A DNA stretch of 64,000 nt from Lama guanicoe (lineage: Eukaryota). Within the stretch, counting starts at the first letter, position 1. Every line of letters starts with the position of its first letter. The stretch is from contig MU056050.1 in the NCBI GenBank assembly GCA_013239625.1, forward strand, positions 1,970,084-2,034,083. The letters are read 5' to 3'. Under the pieces are notes generated by a model. It was not told where the DNA came from and did not search any database. It saw nothing but the letters and a program-made list of their open reading frames with translations. The position numbers and the translations under genes are program-made. This document shows, piece after piece, positions 13,455 through 27,860 of this stretch.

Positions 13455-15680
13455 ATAAAAGCTATGGGCAAACTAGGAATGGAAGGAAACTACATCAACA
13501 TAATAAAAGTCTTATATGAAAAACTCACAGCAAACATCACATACAACAATGGTGACAGACTGAAAGCTCCTCCTCTAAAATCAGGAATAAGGCAAGGATG
13601 CACACATTCACCACTTCTATTCGACATAATACTATAGTCCTAGCCAGGATAGTTAAGCTACTAGAAATTATTAGGCTATTAGGCCAATTAGGCTATTATT
13701 TCTTATTAGAAAAGAAATAAGAGGCATCTAAATTAGGAAGGAAAACGTAAAATTATCTGTTTTTAAATGATATGATGTTATATGTAGAAAACCCTACTGA
13801 TTCCACACATACACACAAAATGATTAGAACTACTAAATGAATTTATCAAAGTAGCCAAACACAATGTCAACACACAAAAATCAGTTATGTATCTATGCAC
13901 TAACAGTGAACACTCTGAAAATGAAATTAAGTAAACAATTCCATTTATAATAGCATCAAAAAAATTAAAATACTTAGAAATTAACTTAATCAAGGAGGTG
14001 AAAGGCTTGTATTATGAAAATTATAAAACATTGCTGAAAGAAATTAAATAAGACATAAATAAATGGAAAGATGTCCCATGATCATGTACTGGAAAAATTA
14101 ATATTGTGAAGATTTTAATACTACCAAGAGTGATCTACAGATTCAGTGCAATCTCTGTCAAATTCCCAATGACATATTTTGCAGAAATAGAGAAACTTCC
14201 TAAAATTGACAAGGAATCTCAAGGTACCTGGAATAGTTAAAGCAATCTTGAAAAAGAACAAAGCTGAGAAACTCAAACTTCCTGATTTCAAAATTAACTA
14301 CAAACCTATGATAAACAAAATAGTATGGTATTGGCACAAAGACAGACATAAACCAATGAAATAGAATAGAACACCTAGAAATAAATTTTCACATGTATGG
14401 TCAAATGATTTGTTGGCAAGGATTCTAAGACCATTCAATGGGGAAAGGACAGTCTTTTTAACAAATGGTGCTAGGAAAACAGGATATCCATGTATAAGAT
14501 GGAAGAAATTCGACTTAACACCGTATACAAAAATTACTTCAAAATGGATCAAAAGCCTAAATGTAAGAGCTAAAACTATAAAACTCTTAGGAAAAAACAT
14601 AGGGCAAAAGCTTCATGACATTGGATTTGGCAATAATTTCTTGGATATGACACCAAAGGCACAGGCAACAAAAGCAAAAAAGAGACAAATTGGATTTCAT
14701 AGACATTAAACATTTTTGTGCATCAAAAGAAACTATCAACAGAGTAAAAAGGCAACCTATGGAATGGGAGAAAATATTTGTAAATCTTGTGCCTAATAAG
14801 GAATTAATATTCAGAATACATAGAGAACTCCTAAAGCTCAATAGAAAAAAAACAGCCCAATTCAAAAATGGACAAAGGAGTTGAATAGATTTCTCCCAAG
14901 AAGATATAAGAATGGCCAATAATCACATAAAAATATATGGCTACTATCAAAAAAAAACCACAGAAAATAACAAGTGTCAGTGAGGATGTGGAGAAATTGG
15001 AAATCTCATGCACTATTGATGGGAATGCAAAATGGTATAGCCATTGTAGACAAAAGTATAGCTATTCCTCAAAAAATTAAAATTAGAATTACCATATGAT
15101 CCAGCAAATCCACTTCTGAATATACAATCAAAAAGAATTGAAGGCAAGATTTTGAAGAGATATTTCTACAACCATGTTCACAGTAACAATATTAACAGTA
15201 GCCAAAAAGTAGAAACAAGCCAAGTGTCCAACAACAGATAAGTGGATAAAGAAAATGAGGTATTAACATGCAATGGAATATTATTCAGGCTTAAAAAGGA
15301 AGGGAATTCTGACAGGTACTGCAACACAGATGAACCTTGAAAACATTTTGCTAAGTGAAGTAAGCCAGTTATGAAGACAAATACTGTGTAAGTCCACTTT
15401 TATGAAGTACATAGAACAGTCAAATATATATACTCAGACAGTTGAATGGTAGTTGCCAGAGGCTAGGAGAGGTGAATGGAGAGCTATTGTTAAATGAGCA
15501 CAGGTTTTCAGTTTTGCAAGATGAAAAGAGTTCTGGAGATGGATGGTGGTGATGGTTGTACAATGATACGGATATATTTAATACCAATGAAGTGTACACT
15601 TAAAAATGGTTACAACAGTAAATTGTATGTGTATTTTAGCACAATAAAAAAGCAAAAGAAAAAAGAACATTAAAAAAACA
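13455..15680 (+). mobile_element. Old 5'-truncated L1 (L1MA/MB-like): decayed ORF2, 3'UTR and A tail
   Basis: ORF2 relics ([31 protein letters not shown]); 3'UTR ending aataaaaaagcaaaagaaaaaa. Confidence 0.88.
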
Positions 15681-16409
15681 TGGGATATGTATAAAAGGTG
15701 GAACAGTTCTCAATTTATTGTACAAAGTTTTTATAACCTAAAGCCAAAATTTTACGAACATTCAAAAAGAAAAATCATTCATGATACAAATGTAAAAATT
15801 CTAAATAAGACAGCAAAAAATCCAGCAGTTTATGAAAGACATTAGAAAATCTAAGCACATAATTTGCATTTAAAAATTAAAAAGAGAAAATCCATACAAT
15901 TATGCCAACAAATAATAACTTAAAGATATTAAGTTCTACAACAATTCCAGATAAAAACTCCAAAGAATAAAATAGAGGTGACGTGGTGTTTAAGAGCAAA
16001 AACATTAGAACCTAAATACCTGGGTTTGAATCTCAGTTCCAGCAATTCCTAGCTGGAAGCTACCTTTAAAGTGGGAATGATGATGATAGTCCTTTTATGA
16101 GTCAATATATGTTAAGACACTTAGACCAGTACTTACTCTTCAGAAAGGCAGTATGGTATAGGAATTGCCTGGATTCAAATACAAGCTCACCAGTGTAAGC
16201 TGTGTGTCTTGGAAAAAATTACTTAACTTCTCTGTACCTTCATTTTTCCTTTGTCTATCAAAAGGAGCAATAAGAAATGTACATGTATAAAATAGGGGTA
16301 ATAATAAGCCTACTACTAATCAACCTTGTTCATTGGATTATTTTGAGAAATAAATTAAAGTGAAAAGCCACTGCCTGGCACATGCTAGGAATTATTATGA
16401 CAACATGCA

Positions 16410-16758
16410 GCCTTCTGGAGTTACCTCCCCATGGCTCCAATCTCTCTGGCAACCTGCTCACAAACCCCAACCATTTTAATAGGTCCAAAACTATAAGTCC
16501 TGCCTCTCCTGCCCAATGAGACCACCACTCTCTGCTTGGGTTCTGCCACTCTGGGAAATATACCATGGAGAACACCTCGGTGAATGTTGGGCCTGAATTA
16601 CATACTTCCTCTGTCTCTCAAAGATTGTGGACCTTCTTTGATTGCTGTCAAATGCCTGTAAATAGTTATTTTATGTATTTTGTCAAATTTTCATAGTCAC
16701 TCGTGACAGGAGGGTAGCCTGATACCAGCTACTCTGTCATGATCAGAACTTGAAGTCA
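16410..16758 (-). mobile_element. Probable 5'-end fragment of an ancient L1M element
   Basis: Minus strand begins gacttcaagttctgatcatgacagagtagctgg, like recalled L1M 5' ends. Confidence 0.45.
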
Positions 16759-19671
16759 TAGCAATATTTTTTAATTGATAACATACTGTGCTATTGAGTT
16801 TGTAAGGGAAATAGGTATTTTCCAACATTGCAGGTGGAACTATAAATAAATAACAATTTTTTAAAATAATGACAAAAATAACATTTATTGAGTTCATTGA
16901 GTGTCTCAAAATTTCTAAGCTGTTCATATGAATCTATCCTGTCATTTAATCCTCACAACCACCATATAAGATAGATACTTTTGAATTACAGAAGAAACTG
17001 AGTAAGGCAGAGGAGATTAACTAACTTGTCCGTGGTTCTAAAGCTGATAAGTGGTGGAGTCAAGATTTGAAGCCTGACCCTTTTATTCTGGAGCTCATGT
17101 CCTCAACCTGGAAATTTTTATTAAAATTAAACCGTACATAGATTTTGATCCAGCAATCCCACTTCCGAGAATTTATCCACCAGACATAAAAGCATTAGTA
17201 CATCAAGATATATGTGTAAGTTTGTTTATTGCAGCATTTGTAATACTTTTAAAAATACTGGAGCCAACCAAAATGCCCATGATAAGAGAATGGTTGAATA
17301 AAGTCTAGTGCATTTGTTCATACTATAGAATATTATATGTCTATTAAGTGAGATTAATCGATATATATTGAATTGAAGATGTGCAGGACATATTAAAGAT
17401 AAAAAGCAAATTATAGAATAATATGTATAGTGTGACTCATAAGTGACTCACCTAATTTATGTCTCCAGCATAGACCTCTCCCTTGAACTTCAGACTTCCC
17501 ACTCAACATTTCCTGTTAAAGGCTTAAAGGCACTGCAAATTCAGTATGTCCAAAACTGAACTCAGAGTTTCAATCCCATAACCTAACTGCTTTCAGTGTC
17601 CCGTTTCCTCGTTAATGACACCATCATACATCTAGATATGAGTCAGAAGCCCAGGATTTATCTGTGACACCTCTCTCTCTCTCATGTCATTTTCCCACCG
17701 TGCACCTTTCCCACATTCCACACAGACTCAACCCATCACCAAGTTTTGTTGATTTTATAATGAAAATATATCTCCGATCTATCTATTTTCATTATTTCCA
17801 TTACCATCACTCTCTGGCAAATCACCAGCATCTCTCACTCAGATTGCTACAATATTCTCTAACCTGACTAGTTTCTCCGTATCAACTCTAGCCCATCTTA
17901 ATTCATCCTCTGCCCTGCATTGTGAAAGCAAAGAGAGTTGTCAGTTTGAAAAGCTTTTGCCTTAATCGCTCTTGATCAGCCAGAAAACAATGCAGTATTA
18001 TCATAATCACAGCCTAAAGAATTCAATTGCCTTTTGTTATTAAAAATAACAACAGCTTTAGTATCTGGGAAGCATTTTGAGTCATAAATCCCTTTCCCTT
18101 AATACATTGTATCTTGTGCCACTGAGCACAGGAAAATTAACAATAAAATGCATTTTAAATTCTTCCCAAGGAGGTATCCTTTGGGGGACAGGGGTATGGT
18201 TTGAAAGAGTTTCTTTCTAGCGAATTCTTCTAGCAACCATGCCCCATGTATTCTCTCTCTGCTTTCGCTACCACCGCATAAGTACTGCAGTAGAAAAAAT
18301 CCTTTTTGCATTCTGTTCACCCTGTGTAAGTTTATAACCTGAAAGACCCTAAGAATCCAAAGGTCTCCAACAACTAGCCTGAGCTTCTGGTCTGTTTCCT
18401 ACTTCTGAATTCTTCCAGGCTCTCCTAATTAGGGCCCCAATATTCCTGCTAGGCTCAGCTCCCAACCCTGGCTCTTCATCCATTGATTAGAATTCTGCTA
18501 TCAAGAGACAGATCTCCCAAATGCACCTGTCTGCTTGCTGAGCCCTGAAGACCTACCGCCACGTGTTGTGGTCTACCTGTCTAACACTGATGTAACACAC
18601 GCTCTGATGTTGACTGTTGCTTGAAACCAACTAAGATAGTTGTACCTCCAAGCCAAGTCCAGCCTCTTAATCCTGGAAAGTTTCCTCAGTGACTGTCCTT
18701 TCCCAGTAGGTGGGTTTCATGCCAGGTCTCAGGAGTTGACAATGGTTCCCAAATGGGAAGCACTCCTCTTGATTCTGAAATACTGGTAAGCTCTGGGGAA
18801 GTGGGCAGGAGACAGAATGGCAGCTACCACTTCTCAGCTGACTGGCTCATGCTCTATAAAGCAGCTTCAAGCAAAATTTTAAGGAACCATTGACCTTCTG
18901 ATACACTCAATAAAATATTGATAGTTTAATATGTATAATACTATTTTGCATTTGTATGATTGTTCACTTCTTCCAAGCATTTTTACATTGTCATTCTTTT
19001 TTGTACCTGCTATTTTACTGGATCTCATATGTATCTTAGAAGATCAGTAGACTAGGTATTAAGTGAATTATAAACCTCTTAAGGGCAAAGACTTTTATAT
19101 TATTTGAATCCTCCCTAATATCCAGTAGGGTGATTTTATACAAAGTAAGTACTCAATACATAACTATCAATTTTACATTTTCTCCATTTTATAGATTCAG
19201 AAAGTAAGGCTCAGAGATGTTAAGCAACACATCTAAGTTCCTACCTCCAGTTAGTTCCACTTCTCATTCCTGGGCCAGTGCCCTTTCCATTAGACCAATA
19301 GGTTTTAAACTGTGTTTCATGGAAATCTTGAATGGTATATGGAGCATGATGGGGAGGCCAGGCAGAGCATCTTTACATTCATCCATTTTACATATTGAGG
19401 TTTTGCGTCAGATTTTACTTGAATCAATTATTGTGCTACTGTTTTTTTTTCCTTAAGAATAAGCAGTCATTTACCCATGCTAACTTACAGTGCCCCTTCT
19501 GATGAAAAATATTCACTTGATGGTTAGAATTGAAGAGAAAGAGAGGAAAGGAAGTAGAAAGTGGCAGTATTAGAATCAGAGCTAGTAACATTTTTAAAGT
19601 GAAGAATAGTCGGTTTACAATGTGAATTTTGGGTGTACAGCATAGTGATTATGAACATGACCCACATACTC

Positions 19672-19749
19672 AGACCTGCAGGCCTGCAGCAAGGCAAACA
19701 TATTGCACAACTCCAGGTGGCACCATTCGCATAGAATGTAGCAGCCCTG
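19672..19749. mobile_element. MER91-like hAT fragment
   Basis: ttgcacaactccaggtggcaccattcgcataga...gcagccctg. Confidence 0.55.
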
Positions 19750-20303
19750 CCCTCAGGATAGGGACTCTATATGCCTAGAAAAGCACTCATGAAAAATGCC
19801 TCTGTATCCCTGCTAGACACTCAGAATGTACAATACAATTTTGTTTCGACTATACACAGTTAATAAAAGCTACTGTTGAAGGTTTCAGGATTATTACTGC
19901 TACTATTTTGGAGTCTAACCACCTAGCATGTTTTGTTGCCTCAGTTACTATTAAGCATTTTAAGTTCAAAAGGGAAAGAGAGAAAAGAAGAATGTTTATG
20001 AGTAGGGACTGTGCAAGAGGTGTGTCTCTCCAAAAACAAGTGCAGAAAACACAAATAAGCAACTCACAAAATAAGAATGACCAAAAAGCATGTAAAAATG
20101 ATCTAATCTCACCATTAATCCATGGAAAACACAAATAAAATCGATGTGATTTTTTAATCGAGAAAATTAGTAAATGTTTAAAAAAATGGATAATAGCCAG
20201 AATTGGTGAGATCCAGGGAAATATCCACTCTTACACATTGCTTGTAGGAGCCTAAATTGATAAAAATTTTTCCTGAAGGAAAATTTAAAAATAAGTACTA
20301 CAA

Positions 20304-20498
20304 AGCATAAATACAGGACAGAAGTAGACTCATGGACAGAGAATACAGACTTGTGGTTACCAGGGGGATGGAGGGTGGGAAGGGATAGACTGGGATTTCA
20401 AAATTGTAGAATAGATAAACAAGATTACACTGTATAGCACAGGGAAATATACACAAAATGTTATGATAAATCACAGAGAAAAAAATGTGACAATAAAA
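20304..20498 (+). mobile_element. Short young L1 3'UTR insertion with 17-bp TSD
   Basis: Similar to the reverse complement of ~3650-3845. Flanked by AAAAATAAGTACTACAA at 20287-20303 and 20499-20515, at a TT|AAAA endonuclease site. Confidence 0.9.
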
Positions 20499-20829
20499 AA
20501 AAATAAGTACTACAAGTCTTAACATTCTGCATATCTTTTGACTCTGTAACACCATATGTAGAAATTTATGCTATAGAAAGAATCACAAATCAAAATGAGA
20601 ACAAAGATACACATTAATTGGGCTTCATTACAGCATAATTTGCCATAGTGAAATATTGGAAACAGCTTAAATAGACAATTATTTTATATCTGTATATGTG
20701 GCTATTAAAAAACACATTATATAAGAAGATTTGATAGCATGGGAAAAGGTTTAAATATACTATTTTTAAAAATTTATTGAGCTAAAAAGCTGGTTGCAAA
20801 ACATTTATAATGATATAAATCATTAGGAC

Positions 20830-21160
20830 TATTGATAAATATCTTCATGCTCTCCTTTAAGACACATAGTATGATGATGGTTCCCAATCCCTTTGATGTT
20901 AGGCGTGGCCATGTGACTCAACTGGACAAGTGAAATGTGAGTGGAACATTTAAGAGTCAGGGATCAGTTTGCCAGGTGCCCCTCTTCCTACCTTGAAAAT
21001 CATGGAAGTCTGTGTTGAAAGGGTCTTCTATCAGCCTTGTCTCTAAACAACTATGATGTGCAGAGGCTCCCTGCCCATATATGCTGGATATATGAAAAGC
21101 TTTTATTGCATGAAGCCACAGAGATTTGGGGGGTGTTTGTTATCACAACATAGCCTAGCT
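20830..21160 (-). mobile_element. MaLR (MLT1-like) LTR remnant
   Basis: ggccatgtgact...gaaatgtgagtggaa and aagccacagagatttggggggtgtttgttatcacaacatagcctagct motifs. Confidence 0.6.
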
Positions 21161-21307
21161 CATCGTTGTTCATACTGTGGGTGGGGTGGGGGGGAGAGAG
21201 CGGAGGGAGGAGGAAGACTATATAGTTATACATGAAAATATAATAAATGGGTGCTTTTCATCTTCATATTTTTATGTCTCTTCTAAATGTTCAATAATCA
21301 ATAGAGA

Positions 21308-21658
21308 CTGTCCCCCTTTATCCACAGGGGACTGGTTCCAGGACACCCCAGTCCCATCCACCAAAATCTGCAGATGCTTATTTTATAAGTCCCTTATATA
21401 AAAGCCATAGTATTGCATGTAACCTATGCAATCCTCCTGTATATTTTAAATCACCTCTAGATTATTTCTAATATTTAATATAATGTCAATGCTCTGTAAA
21501 TAGTTGTAAATAAATGTAAATTTTATGTAAATAGTTGCTGCTGTGCTGCAAGTTCAAGTTTTGCTTTCTGGAACTTTCTGAAAATTTTTTTGAATATTTT
21601 TGATTCAAGGTTGGTTGAATCTGCAGATGCACACCCACATATACAGAGGGCCGACTGT
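21308..21658. mobile_element. Tigger3/MER2-like TcMar element, copy 1
   Basis: tatccacaggggactggttccaggac...tacagagggccgactg followed by TA. Confidence 0.75.
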
Positions 21659-21828
21659 ATGTATAATTTTCATATTAAGAAAGCAATGTTTTTTAATGTG
21701 TGTAAAATTACCTCCTCATTTTCCTATCTACTTTGTCCCTTCAAAAACTTCTCTTGTGCCCTTAAGAGAGAGAAATATTCTATGTCCTCAAGGTAGAGGT
21801 TCCCTATGTAGCCCTAGAGGAATCATGT

Positions 21829-22130
21829 ACAGTTGGCCTTCCATATCCGAGGATTCAACCAACTACTAATTGAAAATATTTGAAAAAAATTCCAGAAAAT
21901 TTCCAAAAATCAAAACTTGAATATGTTGTACACTGGCAACCATTTACACAGTTTTTACATTGTATTCTAAACTATTTACATAGCATTTACATTGTATTAG
22001 GTATAATAAGTAATCTAGAGATGATTTCAAGTATAAGGGAGGATGTGTGTAGGTTATACATAAATACTATGCCATTTTATGTAAAGGACTTGAGCATCCT
22101 CAGATTTTGATATCCATGAGGGACCTGGAA
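21829..22130. mobile_element. Tigger3/MER2-like TcMar element, copy 2, opposite orientation to copy 1
   Basis: ta|cagttggccttccatatcc...ggattcaaccaac...aatctagagatgattt...cctggaa. Confidence 0.75.
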
Positions 22131-23289
22131 TGACCGTAGCTTCTTTTGGTTTTCCTCTTACCTCAATGGCATCTACTTCACAATTTCCTTTGCAGACTCC
22201 TATCTCCCCAATGTTTCAATGTTCATGCTCTTTAGGGCATGGTACTAAACCGTCTTCTCTTCTCTCTCTACTCCTTTTCCCTAAGTGAGCTCATCTAATC
22301 TTATGGCTTTGAGTGCCATTTACACACAGCTGACTTCCAAATATGTATCTCTGGCCCAGAACTTTCCTTTGTGCTAGAATCTCCTATGCAACTACCTACT
22401 TGATCATTCCACTTGGAGCATCTCAAACTTAACATGTCTAAGCAGAACTCTTGGATCAACACTGCCACTTCTGCAAAAGCCTTTTCCTCACCTAGACTTT
22501 CTTGTCTCAGTTAAAAACAAGGGAAAGAAAGAGGAAGAAGAGAAGGGGGTGGATTAGGTGGCGATGATGAAGGTGGAAGATGAGGAGGAGGGTACCATTT
22601 ACCCAATCTGTGAAGGCAAAAGCCTAGGAAATGTCTTTGCTCCCCCTGCTGTTCATGCCCTCCCTACATCTAAGCCATTAACTATGTCAGTTCAACCTAT
22701 AAAAGTTACCTATCTGCTTCTATCCACTTACATTTCTACCTCTCTATTCCAAGCTCCCACCACTTGTTGCCTAAACCATTGCAAAAATTTCCTAATTGGT
22801 CTCCAAACTGTACTCCTGTCCAATGTTCAACTCATTCTCTACATAGCAGCAAGAGTGTCCTAAGATGTAGGTCATGTCCAACACCTATTTAAAACCCTTC
22901 AGTGGCTGCCTACTACACTTAGAACAAATCTTAAATCTATACCTTGCTCTACAAAGTTGTAATTATTCCAGCCCGTCTTGCTCCCAAATTTTATTTCATG
23001 GAATTCTCTCCTCACTTGCTGCATTTTAGCCACACTGGTCCTCTTTCAGGTCCTCAAAGATGCCAAATTCTTTCAATCTCAGGTACTTTGCACAGGCTCT
23101 TCCCTCTGCTTGAAAAGCCCTACCTCCCCCTACCCCAGCTTCGTTTGACTGAATCTGTCTCGTCCTTCATGTCTCACTTAACATGTCAGTCTATCCAGTG
23201 GGCCTTTCTTGACCACCCTATCTAAGGTAGAAAACACTGAGTGCCCCCACAACAACAACCCCCATCTATCTTCTTCTTTGCTAGTACAA

Positions 23290-23780
23290 TGGTTATTTTG
23301 TTCAAGGATATGTTTACCGTGTGGTCAGGGGAGGCTGGGCCCTTCCCAGTCTCAAAAGGTGGATCGTAGTTAGTCTTAGATAATCATGATCATATCTTGC
23401 CCTTTGGAAGTGACTTGTTTAGATGAGCACATGACCCAAATCTGACCAATGTGACATAAAGGGAAGTCTGCTTTGGAAAGATCATTGCTGAGAAAAAGAG
23501 AGAGAGAGAGAACACCTATCTCCTTTAACTGGTTTTTGTGTGTCTGCACATGATGCCTCCAACTGTGGAAGACATCTTGCATCCATGAGTGAAGCATTCC
23601 CCCCGCTCTAAGGATGGGAGAATAGAAAGAAGAAATGCACCAAGATCCCTCGTAATAATTACATTGTGTATCTGAATTGACTCTGGATCGCCCAACCTTC
23701 AGACTTCTTATTCAGTGAGATAACATAGCCCATATTATTTGACCTAATTTCAGATGGGCTTTCCATTACTAGCAGTCAAA
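23290..23780. mobile_element. MaLR (MLT1-like) LTR remnant
   Basis: gagcacatgacccaaatctgaccaatg and ttccattactagcagtcaaa motifs. Confidence 0.5.
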
Positions 23781-25185
23781 AGTTGGTCTTCATCTTCTAG
23801 CCTCTATTGCAGCATCCTATTGGTTTTATTTTTTGAACAAATAAAAATGGCTTCTTACTATACTTGTTACTTGTTTGCTTAACTTCCATGAGAGCAGAGT
23901 CTATATCTGTCATGTTCACCAGTCTTTACCATAGTATCTGGCACACAGTAGGTGTTTAAGAAATATTTGTCAAATAAATAACCAAATGTCACACCTATGG
24001 GGAGAACCAACTAATTGGTTTAGATAGTATTTGGTAGGTAGACAGTATATACAAGCACTAAGAAACACATTATAATTGTTTGAAAATAATTTCCCAAAGA
24101 ATCCTGATGCCTGTTGTTTTAAACTTTAGTTTTAAAGGGGTGCAGATGGGGAAGACACTAAAATGGAGGGCTGGAAATTTTAGCTCTAAGACCTCTCATC
24201 CATCCTCCACTCAATCTATGTCTCATCATAAGAAAATAAAAGACAAAAGAGAATCATTTCCAAACGTCTACCACACTAAAGTGAGTTCATGTTCCCACCT
24301 GGAGCAGATCAGGCACATAACTTGTATTATTTTACTTCCTTACTCTTTTATCAATTTTGACTGTTATGAAAAGCATTTTTATTGCCTTTTCACAAATTCA
24401 AGTAAATCTAAGATGATAGCACAATCCCATAGAGCATGTCATCTAGATGATGGCAGAAGTCTTGTCCAGAGGCATTATAGCGTACCCAACTTTGAAAGCC
24501 CTGACCAAGGCAGGCCTTATGTAGCATGAGTCAGGTCATACTGAGAGACTGTATCTTCTAACCAAAAATAACCCCAGTTTGCTAAGGTTCCTGATTCCCG
24601 CCATTATCACTGCTTTACTGGACTAATACAGTTAGGTCTCCAGAAGTCCCCTATTTAAATGTGAATATACTACCTAGAGCAGCTAATAAGGTTAATTTCT
24701 CAGCATTCACTTTTGAACAGAGGGCAAAACCCTGAGGGAATAGAATACTGCAGAGAATAGTTAAGATGTAGTGGATGTGAGAAAGGAAAGGAAATTCTGG
24801 ACATAGGAGGGAACATAGGCACTGGGAAGCTAGCGAAAGACACATGGTAAAGGGGACGTGAAAAACACCAAACAGAAAGCTAGTAAAGACTCTAACAGCA
24901 CGACTTGCCCCAGGGTCCCACATGACCCTCGTGCTACACGGTTGCTCACTTCTGATAAAAACCTAAGTGGAAAAAAACATCATTTAGTCTCTTATCTGTC
25001 TCTTCATCTGTAAAATGGAGGCTGAAGAAAAACATAATGACAGTAGGTGATAGCAGCTGTATAAACAGAAAGGCAGATAAAGAAATGGACTAATGGAGGA
25101 AACAAACTAGAAAAATACACATTTCAGAGATCTGATATCAGGAGAGCTGGTCTGGAAAACTAGCCCGGGTTAAGGTGTGATTGAC

Positions 25186-25307
25186 TAGAGTGACCAAATT
25201 TCCTAGAATATACAGGTTGCTCGATGTCTTGGTTTAATTATTAATAGTGTCCCCTTCCACTCTCACAAGTGTCCAAGGTTAGATAAGAAATGATATGCTT
25301 GCCCTTA
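25186..25307 (-). mobile_element. MER94-like hAT-Blackjack element
   Basis: tagagtgacca terminus; ttattaatagtgtccccttccactctca. Confidence 0.6.
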
Positions 25308-27598
25308 TGCAAGACTGCTGATGGTATTACGTGGATACATTACTAATCGCCTTCAGCTCTCAAGGCCTGGAGTGGCCAGAGTCTGGCAACTTGTTGACTC
25401 CAGTTCTGAGGAGCTGCCTGTGTTCCATGATGGAGAACTGTTGGGAAGTGTGTATCAAGTGCAGGCAGCACTGCCATTGTAACAGAGGGCTTCCCAAAGG
25501 ATCTCGGGTGAAAATGGGAATTTCAGAAAACACAAGGCCAGTGGTGAGGAAGGATGAAATGGAAGCATAGAAGCCCCTCAAATCATAATCAAAGGAAGCA
25601 CTATCTAAGCATAGGGCTGGACCTGATTTCTGGATCCAAACGGTTGTCAAGCCTTCTAGTCTCAACTGTAAAGGTAATAACACTTGCTCTAGACAGGATC
25701 CCTCATCCCTGGGCTGGGCTTACAATCATAGGTGGATCTGGCCGTTTACTTAGCCCTCAACTTGTTACAAATGGATTGGTAATCGGTACTCATGCAATAC
25801 CAAGTCCAGAACAGCAATCACAATGACCAAAAAAAAAAATTAATAGCCCATTCACAGAGAAAATACAATACAAAAAAATCTGCTCCATCTGATGTGGAAA
25901 AAAAGAACCATTTGATTATAAACATTGGATTTCAGTTCTCATCTCACAGCACCAGAGAGGAAATTGTTCCAAAATTGATAACTTGTGCTTTTCCTTCCCA
26001 AAGTTCGTGTTCCCATTCAAATTGCACTAAATCTTTAGAGACATTGCCTTCTGAGCCTAAAACCTATTTCCCCACCTAATTCTCATCTCTTGGTAAATAG
26101 TTGTAATGTATCTAGGAAATCAAAGACATAATTTCCTTTTCAATATATGCAAAGACATTCATCTCCTGTGGTGGAGGGGATGAGTTAAACGCTACAAAGA
26201 AATCAGAGGAGAGCGGATGGGGGCTTCTGTGTAGCTCCTTGCCCCTGTGGCATTAGTTTTATTACTCTGCAACAGCACCAATGTGTGGAAAAAACCCCAA
26301 GGTTCTGGCCTCTTGGCTGCTCCCAGGAAAAGTCATCGTTATCTCAATGTACACTGAGGAGCAGGTGAGGAGAGAAAAATATAAAAGATAATCAAAGCTC
26401 TCTCGCTGCCCCTCCTTGCCTCTAAAGTCCTCACCAAGAGCCCCAGACTCGGCTATTCTATCTTCTGCTGCGTGCATAGAGAGCAGGTAATCAGCAAAGC
26501 TAATCAAAAATGCATTCATTACCGCAGAGCGGCAGTGGGTAAGAGCGACTGCAGCTTTCATTTGGCAAGTGGTTTCTGGACTGACACAATCCAATCTCCA
26601 TGGCTCGTTGGCAACCCTTGTGCACCCCCCTGCTCTCCCCCTCTCCCCACTCCACCATCCCAGCCGTCTCTGCCATGCTCAACTCTGCTTCTCCATTAAA
26701 AGCAATCTGATTCATACACTTGACAATGTTTTTCCCTCAATCATCACAATGCTGCTCTGTAAAAGCTGTTTTCTGTCTAATAAGTATTCTGAGTATTTTT
26801 AAAAGGTGTTTCTTCACTTTAAAAAATACATTTTTTTCTTTGTTCTCAAAGCAGGGAGCCATTTCTTGCCAGGGTGAAACAAACTCAAAGGCTGACAGAT
26901 TCTGCAAATGCACAACCCTTCCCTGCTTTCTCCAACTCAGCAAAATGGACTCTCTCAGAGCCCCCAGAACCAAAAGAAGCTCATAGGGAACTGTGCTAAA
27001 ATATGCCGATGGGCCTGGAGCTAATAACAATAATAGCTAACATAACTGAGCATTTATTACGTTCCAGGCATCATTCTATGCACTTCAATTATCTCATGCA
27101 ATCCTCACACTAGTCTTGTGGGGTATGTGCTACTATTATCAGCCCCATTGTACTGATGAGGACAGAGAGACCCAAGGAAGTCAAATCACCCTAATAGTAG
27201 TTGTGGATGGAGGCTTTTGAACTCAGGGAGACTGCGCTTCCTTGCCGGAACCACTCTCCGTGGTTTTGATGGAAGATTAGTATACCACTAAACACGTTAC
27301 CTCAGCCCCTCTCAGGTTATAAAGTTAACCCTTCCAGGGCATGTGATTGATCACCATTCAGTAGATAATTATTTTCTAGGATACATAAATAATATTCCCT
27401 TCATACTCTGAAATAAAGAAATCTGCTTTAGCTAAGGTAAAGAGGGAAAATTATAAAACAAAATAAAACTCTTTCCCAAGTCTTTGTTTGCCCCAGTCAG
27501 TCTGCAGCACTGGTCAAATGGTCACTGAGTTTGTATGGCTCAGGGGTGGCTATCTGTTCCCTCCCCTTTGAAAACACACAAACTAGTAGGGATGTCAG

Positions 27599-27600
<2 letters not shown>

Positions 27601-27646
<46 letters not shown>
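27601..27646 (+). repeat. (CA)23 microsatellite
   Basis: Read directly. Confidence 0.97.
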
Positions 27647-27648
<2 letters not shown>

Positions 27649-27860
27649 GTGATGTGCAGGCAGAGTGGCATAGAGACTTCCTGGATTCAATTTTGCCTCC
27701 ACAATTTAGAGCTACATGACCTTGGGCAAGTCATTTACTCTCTGTGTCTCGGTTTCCTTAGCTGTAAAATTGCAATAATAATAGTGCCTACTTCCTAAGG
27801 GGCTAGGAGGGTTAGATGAGCTAGCTGGGCACATAGTAAGTACTTGATAAATAATAACTC
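27647..27860 (+). mobile_element. MIR SINE
   Basis: Core tgaccttgggcaagtcatttactctctgtgtctcggtttcct. Confidence 0.75.

Noticed and set aside
17433..17450. Tandem AP-1 motifs (TGACTCA x2)
   Set aside because: They lie at a junction of old repeats and look like a small local duplication; no other support.
24080..24529. 149-aa ORF
   Set aside because: Non-ATG start, no recognisable homology or splice context.
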